Shown here one piece after another: positions 29,236 through 39,200 of a stretch of 64,000 nt of DNA. Numbering within the stretch: position 1 is the stretch's first letter; every line of letters starts with the position of its first letter. The DNA lies in the NCBI GenBank assembly GCA_049966155.1, contig JBMFVE010000002.1:274569-338568 (forward strand), read 5' to 3'. The notes below the pieces were generated by a model. That model made no database searches. It was given only the letters and a program-made list of their open reading frames with translations, and was not told the DNA's origin. A program made the translations under genes and the position numbers. This DNA comes from Candidatus Kryptoniota bacterium. Lineage in GTDB: Bacteria > Bacteroidota > Ignavibacteria > Kryptoniales > JAKASW01.

Positions 29236-29252
29236 AAGTCAATACATTGACT
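29214..29252 (-). promoter_or_regulatory. Candidate promoter (TTGACT-17-TAAAAT) overlapping a perfect palindrome AGTCAAT-AC-ATTGACT
   Basis: Palindrome at 29237-29252. The -35 element is its minus-strand half and the -10 lies at 29214-29219. Confidence 0.45.
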
Positions 29253-29414
29253 CAGTAAAATCTCTAAGAAAGAGGAAGCTCTGTGAGGCATTGTTCAATA
29301 TCCACCGTTCATCCCTTGTTAAACCCCTTTCTGTAAATTATCTTAATGCGCAATTTCATGTCAATAGAGTCGTAAACAGCGATCTAAAACTCATACCAAC
29401 GAAAGGAACTAATT

Positions 29415-31121
29415 ATGGAGATCAAAGGAAAAACAGTCCTTGTTCTCGGCGGCTGGGGTCTGGTTGGGTCAGCAATATGCCGCCGTCTTATTCCGGAAAA
29501 ACCTGAAAAGATTATTGTTTCATCTTTACTTAAATCCGAAGCGAACGAAGCAGTCGAAGATCTTCGGAAGGAATATCCAGATCATTCAAAAGACTTTTTT
29601 GTACCTGCGTATGGCAACATTTTTGTTCGGGAGGAATTCAAAGACCTCCCCCGCGAGGAAATTATTAATGACCCTGTGAAAAGAAGAACTTTAATAAACG
29701 ATATTCTCGGTGAGCTGACTGATGAAATTATCAAATCAAGCACTATATATACATTATTAACTGATTACAGGCCTGAAATTGTAATAGACTGCATCAACTC
29801 AGCTACCGCAATAGCATACCAGGACTTATTTCAGTCGAGTCGACTTCTTTTAAAGGAGCTCGATAATGCTAAAGATGGTAAGAGTTCTACACTTGCAGAA
29901 TCTGTCGAAAAAATGCTTTGCACATTATACACACCTCAGCTAATCCGACATGTGCAGTTATTGTATCGAAGCATGCATGAAGCACAAACTAAAATATATG
30001 TTAAAATCGGAACCAGCGGTACGGGTGGAATGGGTCTTAACATTCCATACACCCACAGTGAGGAAAAACCAAGCAGTGTCCTGCTCAGTAAATCTGCAGT
30101 CGCAGGTGCGCACACGATGCTAATGTTCCTTATGGGACGCACACCTGATGCGCCAATTACGAAAGAGATCAAACCCGCAGCCGCAATTGCCTGGAAGAAA
30201 GTCAGCTTTGGCGAAATTAAAAAAAGAGGCAAACCAATACTCCTTCAGGATTGTCCTCCTGAGAAGCCATACAGAATTGGGGAAACTCTTCAAATAAAAG
30301 TAACTGACGGGTTTGTAAGAACCGGCACACCGCTAAAGTCAGTTTATATTGACACAGGTGAAAACGGATTGTTTTCCAGAGGAGAATTTGAAGCAATAAC
30401 AACACCAGGACAGATGGAATACGTGACACCGGAGGAAATTGCAGAAGATGTTGTTTTCGAAATAAAGGGTGGAAACACAGGGCACGACATAATAAATGCT
30501 CTCGACAATGCAACTCTTTCACCAACTTATCGTGCCGGATACCTCTTCCACTCTGCCGCAGAAAAATTGCGGACATTAGAAAGAAAACACAACGTCAACA
30601 GCGTTGCGTTTGAAATCCTCGGGCCACCTCGACTTTCAAAACTCCTTTACGAAGCCTATATAATTAAGCTTGTTTATGGAGATTTCAAAAGAACCCTTGA
30701 GGCAACTCCTGAAGAGATGTCCAGAGCTCTTACAGACCTATTAAAGTCAAATTCAAATTTGAGGTCGGAAATAATTTCAATTGGAATTCCGATCCTCCTT
30801 GCCGATGGTAAATCACTTCTCCGCGGAGAAGAAATAAAAATACCGCCATTCCGGGGGGAAAATGTTGTGCCGGCAAACGAAAAAGCAATTAATGCATGGG
30901 CACACGATGGATGGATTGATTTGAGAACGAGCAACATGAAATTGTGGCAGGAGCGTTTAGAAAAAATTATTGAGATGACAGGAAGCATTCCGGAAAATGA
31001 AACCAGTTCCAGATATATTTACACAAAAGAATACTGGGACAATTTCGAATCAATTGAGCCAGGCAAGATTGCCGGATGGATTTTCTCCTTTGAGGAAAAA
31101 GGCGCAAGAATGAAAGCGTAG
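29415..31121 (+). CDS. Uncharacterised protein with an N-terminal NAD(P)-binding Rossmann motif (568 aa)
   Basis: ATG after AAAGGAAC. KTVLVLGGWGLVGSAICRRL glycine-rich loop. The remaining ~450 aa show no motif I can place. Confidence 0.6.
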   Translation: MEIKGKTVLVLGGWGLVGSAICRRLIPEKPEKIIVSSLLKSEANEAVEDLRKEYPDHSKDFFVPAYGNIFVREEFKDLPREEIINDPVKRRTLINDILGELTDEIIKSSTIYTLLTDYRPEIVIDCINSATAIAYQDLFQSSRLLLKELDNAKDGKSSTLAESVEKMLCTLYTPQLIRHVQLLYRSMHEAQTKIYVKIGTSGTGGMGLNIPYTHSEEKPSSVLLSKSAVAGAHTMLMFLMGRTPDAPITKEIKPAAAIAWKKVSFGEIKKRGKPILLQDCPPEKPYRIGETLQIKVTDGFVRTGTPLKSVYIDTGENGLFSRGEFEAITTPGQMEYVTPEEIAEDVVFEIKGGNTGHDIINALDNATLSPTYRAGYLFHSAAEKLRTLERKHNVNSVAFEILGPPRLSKLLYEAYIIKLVYGDFKRTLEATPEEMSRALTDLLKSNSNLRSEIISIGIPILLADGKSLLRGEEIKIPPFRGENVVPANEKAINAWAHDGWIDLRTSNMKLWQERLEKIIEMTGSIPENETSSRYIYTKEYWDNFESIEPGKIAGWIFSFEEKGARMKA

Positions 31122-31136
31122 TAAAGCCAATAAATG

Positions 31137-34100
31137 CTATGTTGAATATGCCTGGTTGACAGATGAATTAACTTCATCTTTTGCACCATCCTGTCCATCT
31201 GTCACCATCTCCTGCAATGAGATATATAATGGGGCCGATCTTGTCGGTTCTTTTCCATCCCGCCACCATTCTGCAGGAGCCACTCCCCATTTTTCTCTGA
31301 ATATTTCCGAATTTTTCTCTATAATATTAAGATAATTTTCCTTCCCGTTTGCGAGAAAACTTCCCCCGCTGTAGTGGTGGATAAAAACATCCCGGGCTAT
31401 AACCGTACGGTAACCTGCCTTCGAAGCCCGCAGACAATAATCATCGTCCTCGCAGTTTCCTACTCCAAACAGCGGGTCAAGACCGCCAATTTTATCGACC
31501 ACTTCGCGTTTTATTAACATACAGAACCCCGCTACTCTCCTCACTTCTGTCCAGCTGTTCAGATTCTTTTTCTTATAATCAGCAGCGAATTTCTTTAGTT
31601 CGAGCTGATTTGAATACCTTGCCGTAAGGTCTATCTGATAACCACTGATTCGGTTTGTCATTGGTCCAACTATTCCTATCGTCCCATCACTTTCTGCACG
31701 TTTAATCATTCCCTTCAGCCAGCCGTCAGTAACAATTACATCACTGTTCAAAAGAAGAACATATTTTCCAGCCGAGATAACAATACCTTGATTACACGCA
31801 TATGGGAAGCCTTTGTTATCGGTGTTAAAGATCGTTTTTACATTCTTCATTTGTGTGGAAAGCTTCTTCAAATAACCGCGCGTCCCGTCTCTGCTATCGT
31901 TATCTATGAAGATAATCTCATATGGCTCGGCTGTATATTTCAAAATAGAGGCGACACACTGTTTTGTGTAATTCAAGTTATTGTAGGTTACAATTATAAT
32001 TGAAGTTAACTCATTCCCTTCGTCTGCTTTCTTTACCTGAACTGACTCCGCAGATTCTTGAAAAATCCGCATGGAGCGTTGAATTTCATCAGAAGGCGGC
32101 AGCTGATCTTTCTCATCAAATGGCTCCGTTTGAATGCTCTCATTCTTTTGATTATCACCATTCACCCTGCTCTTAATTATTTCTTCAATTGTCTTCATGT
32201 TTTCTTTTGCAATTTCATTGTCAGGGTCAATTTCAAGCACCGCTTTTAATTTCTCCAACGCCTTATCCGTCTTCCCCTGCATTATATAAATAACTGACAA
32301 ATCATTAAGAGCATCAAGATTAAATGGGTATCTCGAAATTACATTGTTCAGTAGTAGCTCAGCCTGCTCATACGCTTTCTCCTGTATGAACTGTTCGGCT
32401 TTTAATATTTCATCAGAGGGATTTCTGGAATCTTCGACCAGTGTTCTTTTTTTAAGGTCGTCGTAAACCTTATTGAGTTTCTCAAGGACAACCTGGATAT
32501 TTTGCCTGGCAGTTGGGTTTTCAGGATCAATCGATATTATTTTCTTTAATAATTCAAAAGCTTCGTTATATCTGTTTTGAAGAATGTTTAAAACTGCAAG
32601 GTCGTTGAGGATATCGAGATTAAGGGGGAATATTTCCAACCCTTTTTTCAGTATATTTTCAGCTTTTTCAAAATCATGTGACTCTATTAATCCTTCAGCC
32701 TCGCTGATTACCTGTTGCAGGTCAACATCCAGAATAGCAGCGGACAATTTCCCTGCAATCTCTGATTTGCCGTAGTCTACTCCCCGATTTGCAGATACCG
32801 AAGTTAATCCTCGACTTAAACTGGACACCAGGACAATATATTGTTTCAATATGCCGGCAACCCGCGTCATTGAATTATTCTGTCTTGCAAAATGTTTCAG
32901 CGAGGCGATTATCCGTCCTGCAACCCTGATTCCCCATTTATAATAATACTCAGCCTGATGTGCCCTCCCGAGCTCTTTAGAGGCTTCCGCAAATGCAATG
33001 ATTTCCCTCAATCCTCTCTCATCCTCAATCGGGTACAACCAGTTAACCGGTGGATGAAATTCATCTGTTATATTTTTTGACCTTGCTGTTGCTTCAAGAA
33101 ACATTCTGCCGTATTCCTGATCAGGCTCTAAATGTGCCCCCTCTCCCCATTCGTTCCATGCATTTATGAAAATGATTCTCTTTTCCGGATCATTTTTGGA
33201 TTTTGACAGTGCAATTTCCTTTTGCAGCCATTTTTCATAAATAATTGGCGACGGCTTTCTTAAAACAAACGCCTGAATTCCGAGCCTTCTGGAGGCATTA
33301 TCCCAGCCGGGCAGGATTGTTACATACTGATCATCCCCTTTTTTCAAAAATTCAGCATTTTCTTCCTCCATCACTTTAACTGCATCCTCATAATCAATCA
33401 CAATAGACTTTCCATCGTTTGAAACCCAGCTTCGACTTTTAAGGAGTCTATCCACCAAACTGGAAAATTGCGGCTGAAACAGAAGTTCCCCACTAAATCC
33501 ATTTGCCTTATAATTCTCCAACCTGTTGAAAGAGGTATCAACAGCTATAAAATAAACTCCTTCAAGGCCATTTTGCTTCGCCATTAATTCCCAGAGTCCT
33601 GTCATGTTGCTAATGTTTGGTATATCTGTAGGCCTGTAAACAATAAAAACAGGTTTTCTGTTTATCGTGATATAACGTGGATCTTTGAAGAATGGCAATA
33701 ACCAGTTAAAATGTGCTGCCAGATCTTCATCTGAAGCATATGTCTGCTTCATCAATACTTCATTTTCCAATCCATCCCATCTTCTAGTCCAGTTTTCGTT
33801 AGCCCACGCGAGACAAAACGGAAATGAGTACAATTTATTGTTAAGTACGTTGAGAAGAGGTTTTTCCAACAGGAGTTTTCCATCAAACCAATAATGCCAG
33901 AAACAAAAGCCATCAATCCCATACATGGAAGCAAGGGCTGCTTGCTCATTAAGTACAGCTTCCAATCGCAAATCATAAAATCCCATATCTGCAGGTACAT
34001 GAGGTTGGTAATGTCCAGGGAAAAGCGGTCGTCCCTTTGCCACATTTACCCATTCAGTGAAACCCTTTCCCCACCATTTATCATTTTCTGGAATCGGATG

Positions 34101-35906
34101 AAATTGAGGAAGATAAAAAGCAATTATTTTGGCATCTCTATTTTCAACATTTCTATTTTCAGTTTCCGATTCCCTTTCCTCTCTGCGTACATTTAAAAGC
34201 ATAGTGTCAACTGCTTTAATCACAGCTTTGGAACGTACATTTCTTGCCGGTCCATCGTGACTATAAACCAACAAAGCATTCTCAGAATTTGCGTAATAAC
34301 CACTGTACGGAATGTACATTTTGAAGTTGCGGTACTCGCCCAGAATAATCACCCCTTTTGTCCTGACAGCATTTGCCAGATGAGCAGGTCCGCTGTCGAC
34401 CCCAATAAATAATTTTGCCCTCCTGATCACCTCTGCAGTTTGAATGTAGGATGTTTTTCCAATAAACTTCACAAGGTCAGGTAATGCTTTTTCTACTATT
34501 CCCTCATTCCCAACTTCAATAACAGGCAACTTATAAGTCTTGTGAACATAAGACACGACGTCAATCCATCCATTTAAATTCCAATCCCTGTCGAATTCGT
34601 TTGTCTTTGCATGTATGACCACGTAGTCCGGGGGCAAATGCATTTCGTCAACTGCATTCCTGGCAAGTTCATCAATATAGACATTGGGTGACCCATCAAG
34701 AGCAGGGAGCCCAGCCCCTTTTGAAAACGCGGACAGAAGGTTCCCTACTTTGTAGTAGTTTTCTCCATCCACCCGAAATGGTACTCCCTTTTTCAATGGA
34801 ACCTGACAAACCGGACAGATACGGCCGTCTATGTGCAAATCCACCACTTCATCAAAGACACCTAATTCCTTTAAGGCAATCCATTCAGTTAAGCACTCCA
34901 CTGTCACAACCTCATCAATGTAAGGGTTAGAAACTAGCAGTTCTTTATATTCCTTTCTAACGCACCATGCTATGTAAGCTTCAGGGTTTTCTGAACGGAC
35001 ATATCGTGAGACAGGCTCGCAGGCTACTATGTCACCAAAGTGCTCTATTAATCCAATAGCTATTTTCTTCTTTTCGTAGGTATTAAGTTCTGTCGATTGA
35101 GTTACCAATCTGACTGGTTTCGGTTTTAGAGTATCGACATTTATTTTTTTCTTAACAACGACATTCATATCCTGCTCGAGAGACCCCTTCGTCACACTGA
35201 CGACATCGAACCCGCATCTGTCAAACAGCAACCTTATATTTGTATCATCGAAAAGAAAGAGGTGCTCATCAGGTTTGAAGTGAATCCAGCCTTTACCATC
35301 ATTTCGATACCTTGGAGTTTGGAAGATTCCGACGCCATCATCTTTCAAATTTTCATAAATATGATTTAGCGTCTTCACGGGATCGATAAAATGTTCCAGT
35401 ATATCAAAACCAGCAATCACATCATACCTTGAGTAAGGAAGTTCCACTTCTGGATAAAGCCCGGGATAAATATGTTCAAGTTCATATTTTTGTTTAGCAT
35501 ATTCGCAGGTACGGGCATCCACCTCAACACCAACAATATGTTTTATTCCCATTTGTTTACAGTAATAAAGAAACGATCCCTCTGCGCATCCTATTTCCAA
35601 CAAATAATCAACATTAGACTTGTACTGCTTCATTAATTCATACCAATCAGGAACTCTATTGTTCAAGAGATAGTCGCCTCTCTGTTCCAAATTTGGATAG
35701 TTATAATTCTGCACATAATCGTGCCAATAACCGTCGTAGGTGTAAAATGCCTTGAGCCTGTCTCCTGAAGCCTCCGCCTTTGAGACAAATGTGCCGCAGT
35801 TTTCACATCTTAAGTAATCTTGATGGATGGAATCAGCTAATTTTCCACCGCACCAACAAACACGGCTTTGGGATTTATTTGTTTCTCTCAAGATATCACC
35901 TCTCAT
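31137..35906 (-). CDS. 1589-aa multidomain enzyme: Zn-ribbon + class I SAM methyltransferase / GT9 (heptosyltransferase-like) / WbsX-like glycosyltransferase domain / TPR / GT2
   Basis: aa 17-38 CWCG..CENCG. aa ~95-240 LLEIGCAEGSF. aa ~280-570 GVDSGPAHLANAV (GT9). aa ~592-945 AFYLPQFHPIPENDKWWGKGFTEWVNV...NAWNEWGEG (WbsX/PF14307-like). aa ~1060-1245 two TPR blocks. aa ~1300-1545 IIIVTYNN...IDNDSRDGT...CEDDDYC (GT2). Confidence 0.8.
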   Translation of the reverse strand: MRGDILRETNKSQSRVCWCGGKLADSIHQDYLRCENCGTFVSKAEASGDRLKAFYTYDGYWHDYVQNYNYPNLEQRGDYLLNNRVPDWYELMKQYKSNVDYLLEIGCAEGSFLYYCKQMGIKHIVGVEVDARTCEYAKQKYELEHIYPGLYPEVELPYSRYDVIAGFDILEHFIDPVKTLNHIYENLKDDGVGIFQTPRYRNDGKGWIHFKPDEHLFLFDDTNIRLLFDRCGFDVVSVTKGSLEQDMNVVVKKKINVDTLKPKPVRLVTQSTELNTYEKKKIAIGLIEHFGDIVACEPVSRYVRSENPEAYIAWCVRKEYKELLVSNPYIDEVVTVECLTEWIALKELGVFDEVVDLHIDGRICPVCQVPLKKGVPFRVDGENYYKVGNLLSAFSKGAGLPALDGSPNVYIDELARNAVDEMHLPPDYVVIHAKTNEFDRDWNLNGWIDVVSYVHKTYKLPVIEVGNEGIVEKALPDLVKFIGKTSYIQTAEVIRRAKLFIGVDSGPAHLANAVRTKGVIILGEYRNFKMYIPYSGYYANSENALLVYSHDGPARNVRSKAVIKAVDTMLLNVRREERESETENRNVENRDAKIIAFYLPQFHPIPENDKWWGKGFTEWVNVAKGRPLFPGHYQPHVPADMGFYDLRLEAVLNEQAALASMYGIDGFCFWHYWFDGKLLLEKPLLNVLNNKLYSFPFCLAWANENWTRRWDGLENEVLMKQTYASDEDLAAHFNWLLPFFKDPRYITINRKPVFIVYRPTDIPNISNMTGLWELMAKQNGLEGVYFIAVDTSFNRLENYKANGFSGELLFQPQFSSLVDRLLKSRSWVSNDGKSIVIDYEDAVKVMEEENAEFLKKGDDQYVTILPGWDNASRRLGIQAFVLRKPSPIIYEKWLQKEIALSKSKNDPEKRIIFINAWNEWGEGAHLEPDQEYGRMFLEATARSKNITDEFHPPVNWLYPIEDERGLREIIAFAEASKELGRAHQAEYYYKWGIRVAGRIIASLKHFARQNNSMTRVAGILKQYIVLVSSLSRGLTSVSANRGVDYGKSEIAGKLSAAILDVDLQQVISEAEGLIESHDFEKAENILKKGLEIFPLNLDILNDLAVLNILQNRYNEAFELLKKIISIDPENPTARQNIQVVLEKLNKVYDDLKKRTLVEDSRNPSDEILKAEQFIQEKAYEQAELLLNNVISRYPFNLDALNDLSVIYIMQGKTDKALEKLKAVLEIDPDNEIAKENMKTIEEIIKSRVNGDNQKNESIQTEPFDEKDQLPPSDEIQRSMRIFQESAESVQVKKADEGNELTSIIIVTYNNLNYTKQCVASILKYTAEPYEIIFIDNDSRDGTRGYLKKLSTQMKNVKTIFNTDNKGFPYACNQGIVISAGKYVLLLNSDVIVTDGWLKGMIKRAESDGTIGIVGPMTNRISGYQIDLTARYSNQLELKKFAADYKKKNLNSWTEVRRVAGFCMLIKREVVDKIGGLDPLFGVGNCEDDDYCLRASKAGYRTVIARDVFIHHYSGGSFLANGKENYLNIIEKNSEIFREKWGVAPAEWWRDGKEPTRSAPLYISLQEMVTDGQDGAKDEVNSSVNQAYST

Positions 35907-35909
35907 TTA

Positions 35910-36098
35910 TTATTTCTTTTCCCTGCAGAGCATTTTCGCAAAGGATGCGGAGATTGGCACCTTTTCGTCAGCTTTAAAGAAAACCAGAGAAAGTCCAACG
36001 CTATTTATGACCTCGTATATCTTTTTATATGTATTAGAAGATCCATCGCAATTGAAGTAACACAAGAGCTGTGCCAGATTTCCAGCACTTTTTTCCAT
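35910..36098 (-). CDS. Doubtful 62-aa ORF immediately upstream of the giant gene
   Basis: ATG start, no SD, no motif. It contains a sigma-54-like element, so it may be a non-coding leader or a gene relic. Confidence 0.2.
   Translation of the reverse strand: MEKSAGNLAQLLCYFNCDGSSNTYKKIYEVINSVGLSLVFFKADEKVPISASFAKMLCREKK
36061..36076 (-). promoter_or_regulatory. Sigma-54-like -24/-12 element TGGCAC-N5-TTGT
   Basis: Minus strand reads TGGCACAGCTCTTGTG, about 155 nt upstream of the ATG at 35906. The -12 GC is GT here. Confidence 0.3.
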
Positions 36099-36256
36099 CT
36101 TTTTGAAGCGTCTTAGGTTTTCATTGGGCTACTATTAGCCATGTGGCCAAAAGTGAGCAAAGAGAAGTCAACAATTCATTAACTTATTTATTAGCATAAA
36201 TCAAATCAAAATTATAGATTTATCTGTCGTTAAAAATAAAAAATGAGGTAACTGCG

Positions 36257-39200
36257 ATGCCCAGGCACTTATCAATTCGGTTTTCAAAAAAGCTCTTCAC
36301 ATTGATGCTATTTGAAGTTGCTCTTACATTCCTTATACAGTTGCATTATCCAACAAATTCATATGCCGACTCTCCATTTCATCATCGATTTCATTCTTCA
36401 CTTAAATGGCGTTTTGTTGGTCCCTATAGAGGAGGGTGGGCAACCATGGCAGCAGGCATACCATCATTACCAAATACTTTTTACTTTGGTGCTGCAGGGG
36501 GTGGTGTCTGGAAAACAACAGACGCCGGACAGACATGGAAGGGATTGATGCAACATGAAAAGTCCAGTTCAATAGGAGCAATTGCAATCTCCACGTCCAA
36601 TCCAAATATTGTTTATGCGGGCACAGGACAGGTGGATTATCGCTACGATATTTTATCAGGCGACGGTATATATAAATCAGACGACGGTGGAAATTCGTGG
36701 AAAAATGTGGGATTATCGGAAACCGGTCATATAGGCATGATTTTAATTGACCCGAGGAATCCCGATAAAGTTATCGTAGCTGCGTTAGGACATATGTTTA
36801 AATCAAATCCAGAACGTGGCGTATATCTTTCAGAAAATGGCGGAAGAACATGGACAAAAGTATTGTATGTCAACGATTCTACAGGCGCCGTTGATTTAGC
36901 CTGGGATCCAGGTAACCCTTCTGTAATATATGCAGCAATGTGGCAGGTTAGAATGCATCCATGGCTCGACTATTTTTATCCCCAGCTTGCAAATGGGTCA
37001 GGAATATACAAAAGTTCAGACGGCGGCCATACATGGTACAAGCTATCAGGAAATGGCTTACCGGAACCTCCATTAGGAAGAATAGGTATTGCAGTTGCTT
37101 CTGGAAGCAACGGAAACATTGTTTACGCTACAGTAATTGCAACCGGTGGAAAAAGCGGCTTATATAAATCTACCGATGCCGGTAACTCATGGGTGTTTGT
37201 TAACAACAACGCCTCTCTTGCAAATAACTACTTCAGCCGCCTGACAGTCGACCCAAAAGATCCAAATACCGTTTACGTAATGGGACGGTCAATAAGTAAA
37301 TCAGTGGACGGGGGACGAACGTTCCACTTTTTTAAGGGCGCCCCTGGTGGAGATGACTACCACTACCTCTGGATAAACCCTGATAATCCATCGTATATGA
37401 TAACAGCATCTGATCAGGGATGCGTTATTTCAATCGACAGTGGTAAGACCTGGTCAAGCTGGTACAACCAACCTACAGGCCAGTTTTACAGTGTGGCTGT
37501 GGACAACCAGTTCCCGTACAAAATTTACAGTGGACAACAGGATAATGGGACTGTTGGAATACTGAGCCGTGGGCCATACGGTGTAATTGAGGACCGTGAT
37601 TGGCATCCGGTTGGTGGTGATGAAAGAGACTACGACGTTCCAAAACCAGACAACCCCCGATTGATTTTTGGAAGTGGACTCGGTGGTCACGTATCGAGAT
37701 TCGATGATGTGACCCGTCAGGTTGTCGAGGTATCCCCATGGCCAGTTTCCAGCTATGGGGCTTTCCCACCCGCTCAAAAATACAGATACACATGGATAAC
37801 TCCAATTGTATTTTCAAAATTGCCACCTTATCCATTGTACTTTGGTGCACAGGTCTTGTTTAAATCTGTTGACAATGGAGATCACTGGGAAATTATAAGT
37901 CCTGATTTAACAGGACGGATCAAAGGCATGGCTGCTACGAACGACCCGGATTTGAAGACAGCACGTAATGCAGGATTTGGGGCGATATTTAGCATAGCAC
38001 CCTCTCCAATCTCCAGAAATGTAATATGGGTGGGATCTGATGACGGGATAATAAGTATAACGACTGATGGTGGAAGGCATTGGCGAAACGTAACTCCACC
38101 CGATATACCACTTTGGTCAAGGATAGATGCAATATCGCCTTCTCACTTTTCAAAAAGCACTGCATATGTAGCTGTTAACCTGCACAGAATTGGTTTTAAT
38201 CAGCCGTTAATTTTGAAAACCACTGACAATGGAAGGACATGGCGTAAGATTGTGAACGGAATACCTGATGATGAGTACACCAATTCTGTGGAAGAAGACG
38301 CTGTCCAGCCAGGTTTAATTTTTGCTGCAACAAACAGGACAATATATTTTTCGTACAATGACGGGAAGAACTGGCATAAGTTAAATGACGGTTTTCCCAC
38401 AACCTGTGTCAATGCACTTACGATTCATAATAGTGATTTAATTGCCGCCACTCAGGGCAGAGGTATCTGGATCTTAGATGATATAGAGCCTTTGAGGGAG
38501 CTCTCATCAGGAGTTTTAAATCAGAAAGCACATCTCTTTAAACCTGTCGATGCGATACGAATCCGCCCAAATGAGAACAAAGATACGCCCTGGCCTCCAG
38601 AGACCCCCCTCGGACAAAATCCGCCGACAGGTGCAGTGATAGATTACTGGCTGAAGAACGCCCCGCTGAATCCTGTTAAATTGACGATTGAGGACTCAAA
38701 AGGAAAAACTATTGCCGAATTTAGAAGCGATGAAAAGCCAAAGCCACTTAAGACAGAGCCTCGTTACTTTGAAGAAGGTTGGCTCGGCAGGGGAGAAGAA
38801 CTCTCTGCTGAACCAGGAATACATCGTTTTGTCTGGAATTTAAGGTATCCGAGGCCCCCTGCTCTTTCGTATAACTATTCTATTGCAGCGGTCTGGCATG
38901 ATGGTACACCACTGGAGCCACAGGGTGCATTCGTATTACCAGGCAAATATAAAGTAACCCTTACAGTCGACGGAAGCGAATATAGCCGCTTATTGGTTGT
39001 CAAATCCGATCCTCGCATCCATATTGATCATTCAGTTCTCAAGAAACAGCTTGATTTGGAACTAAATATATACGCTGAACTTAAAAAAGGGACTGAGGTT
39101 TACCGGAAGATTACTGAAGTCTTATCTGAACAAAAACACAGGTACGCAAAGACTCTATTAGATTCCTTAACTGATATCTCGAACAATGGAAGGCCAAATA

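Noticed and set aside
29069-29506. 145-aa plus-strand ORF spanning the regulator 5' end, the intergenic region and the start of the 568-aa gene.
   Set aside because: It is antisense to the HTH region and out of frame with the well-initiated ATG at 29415. No motif.
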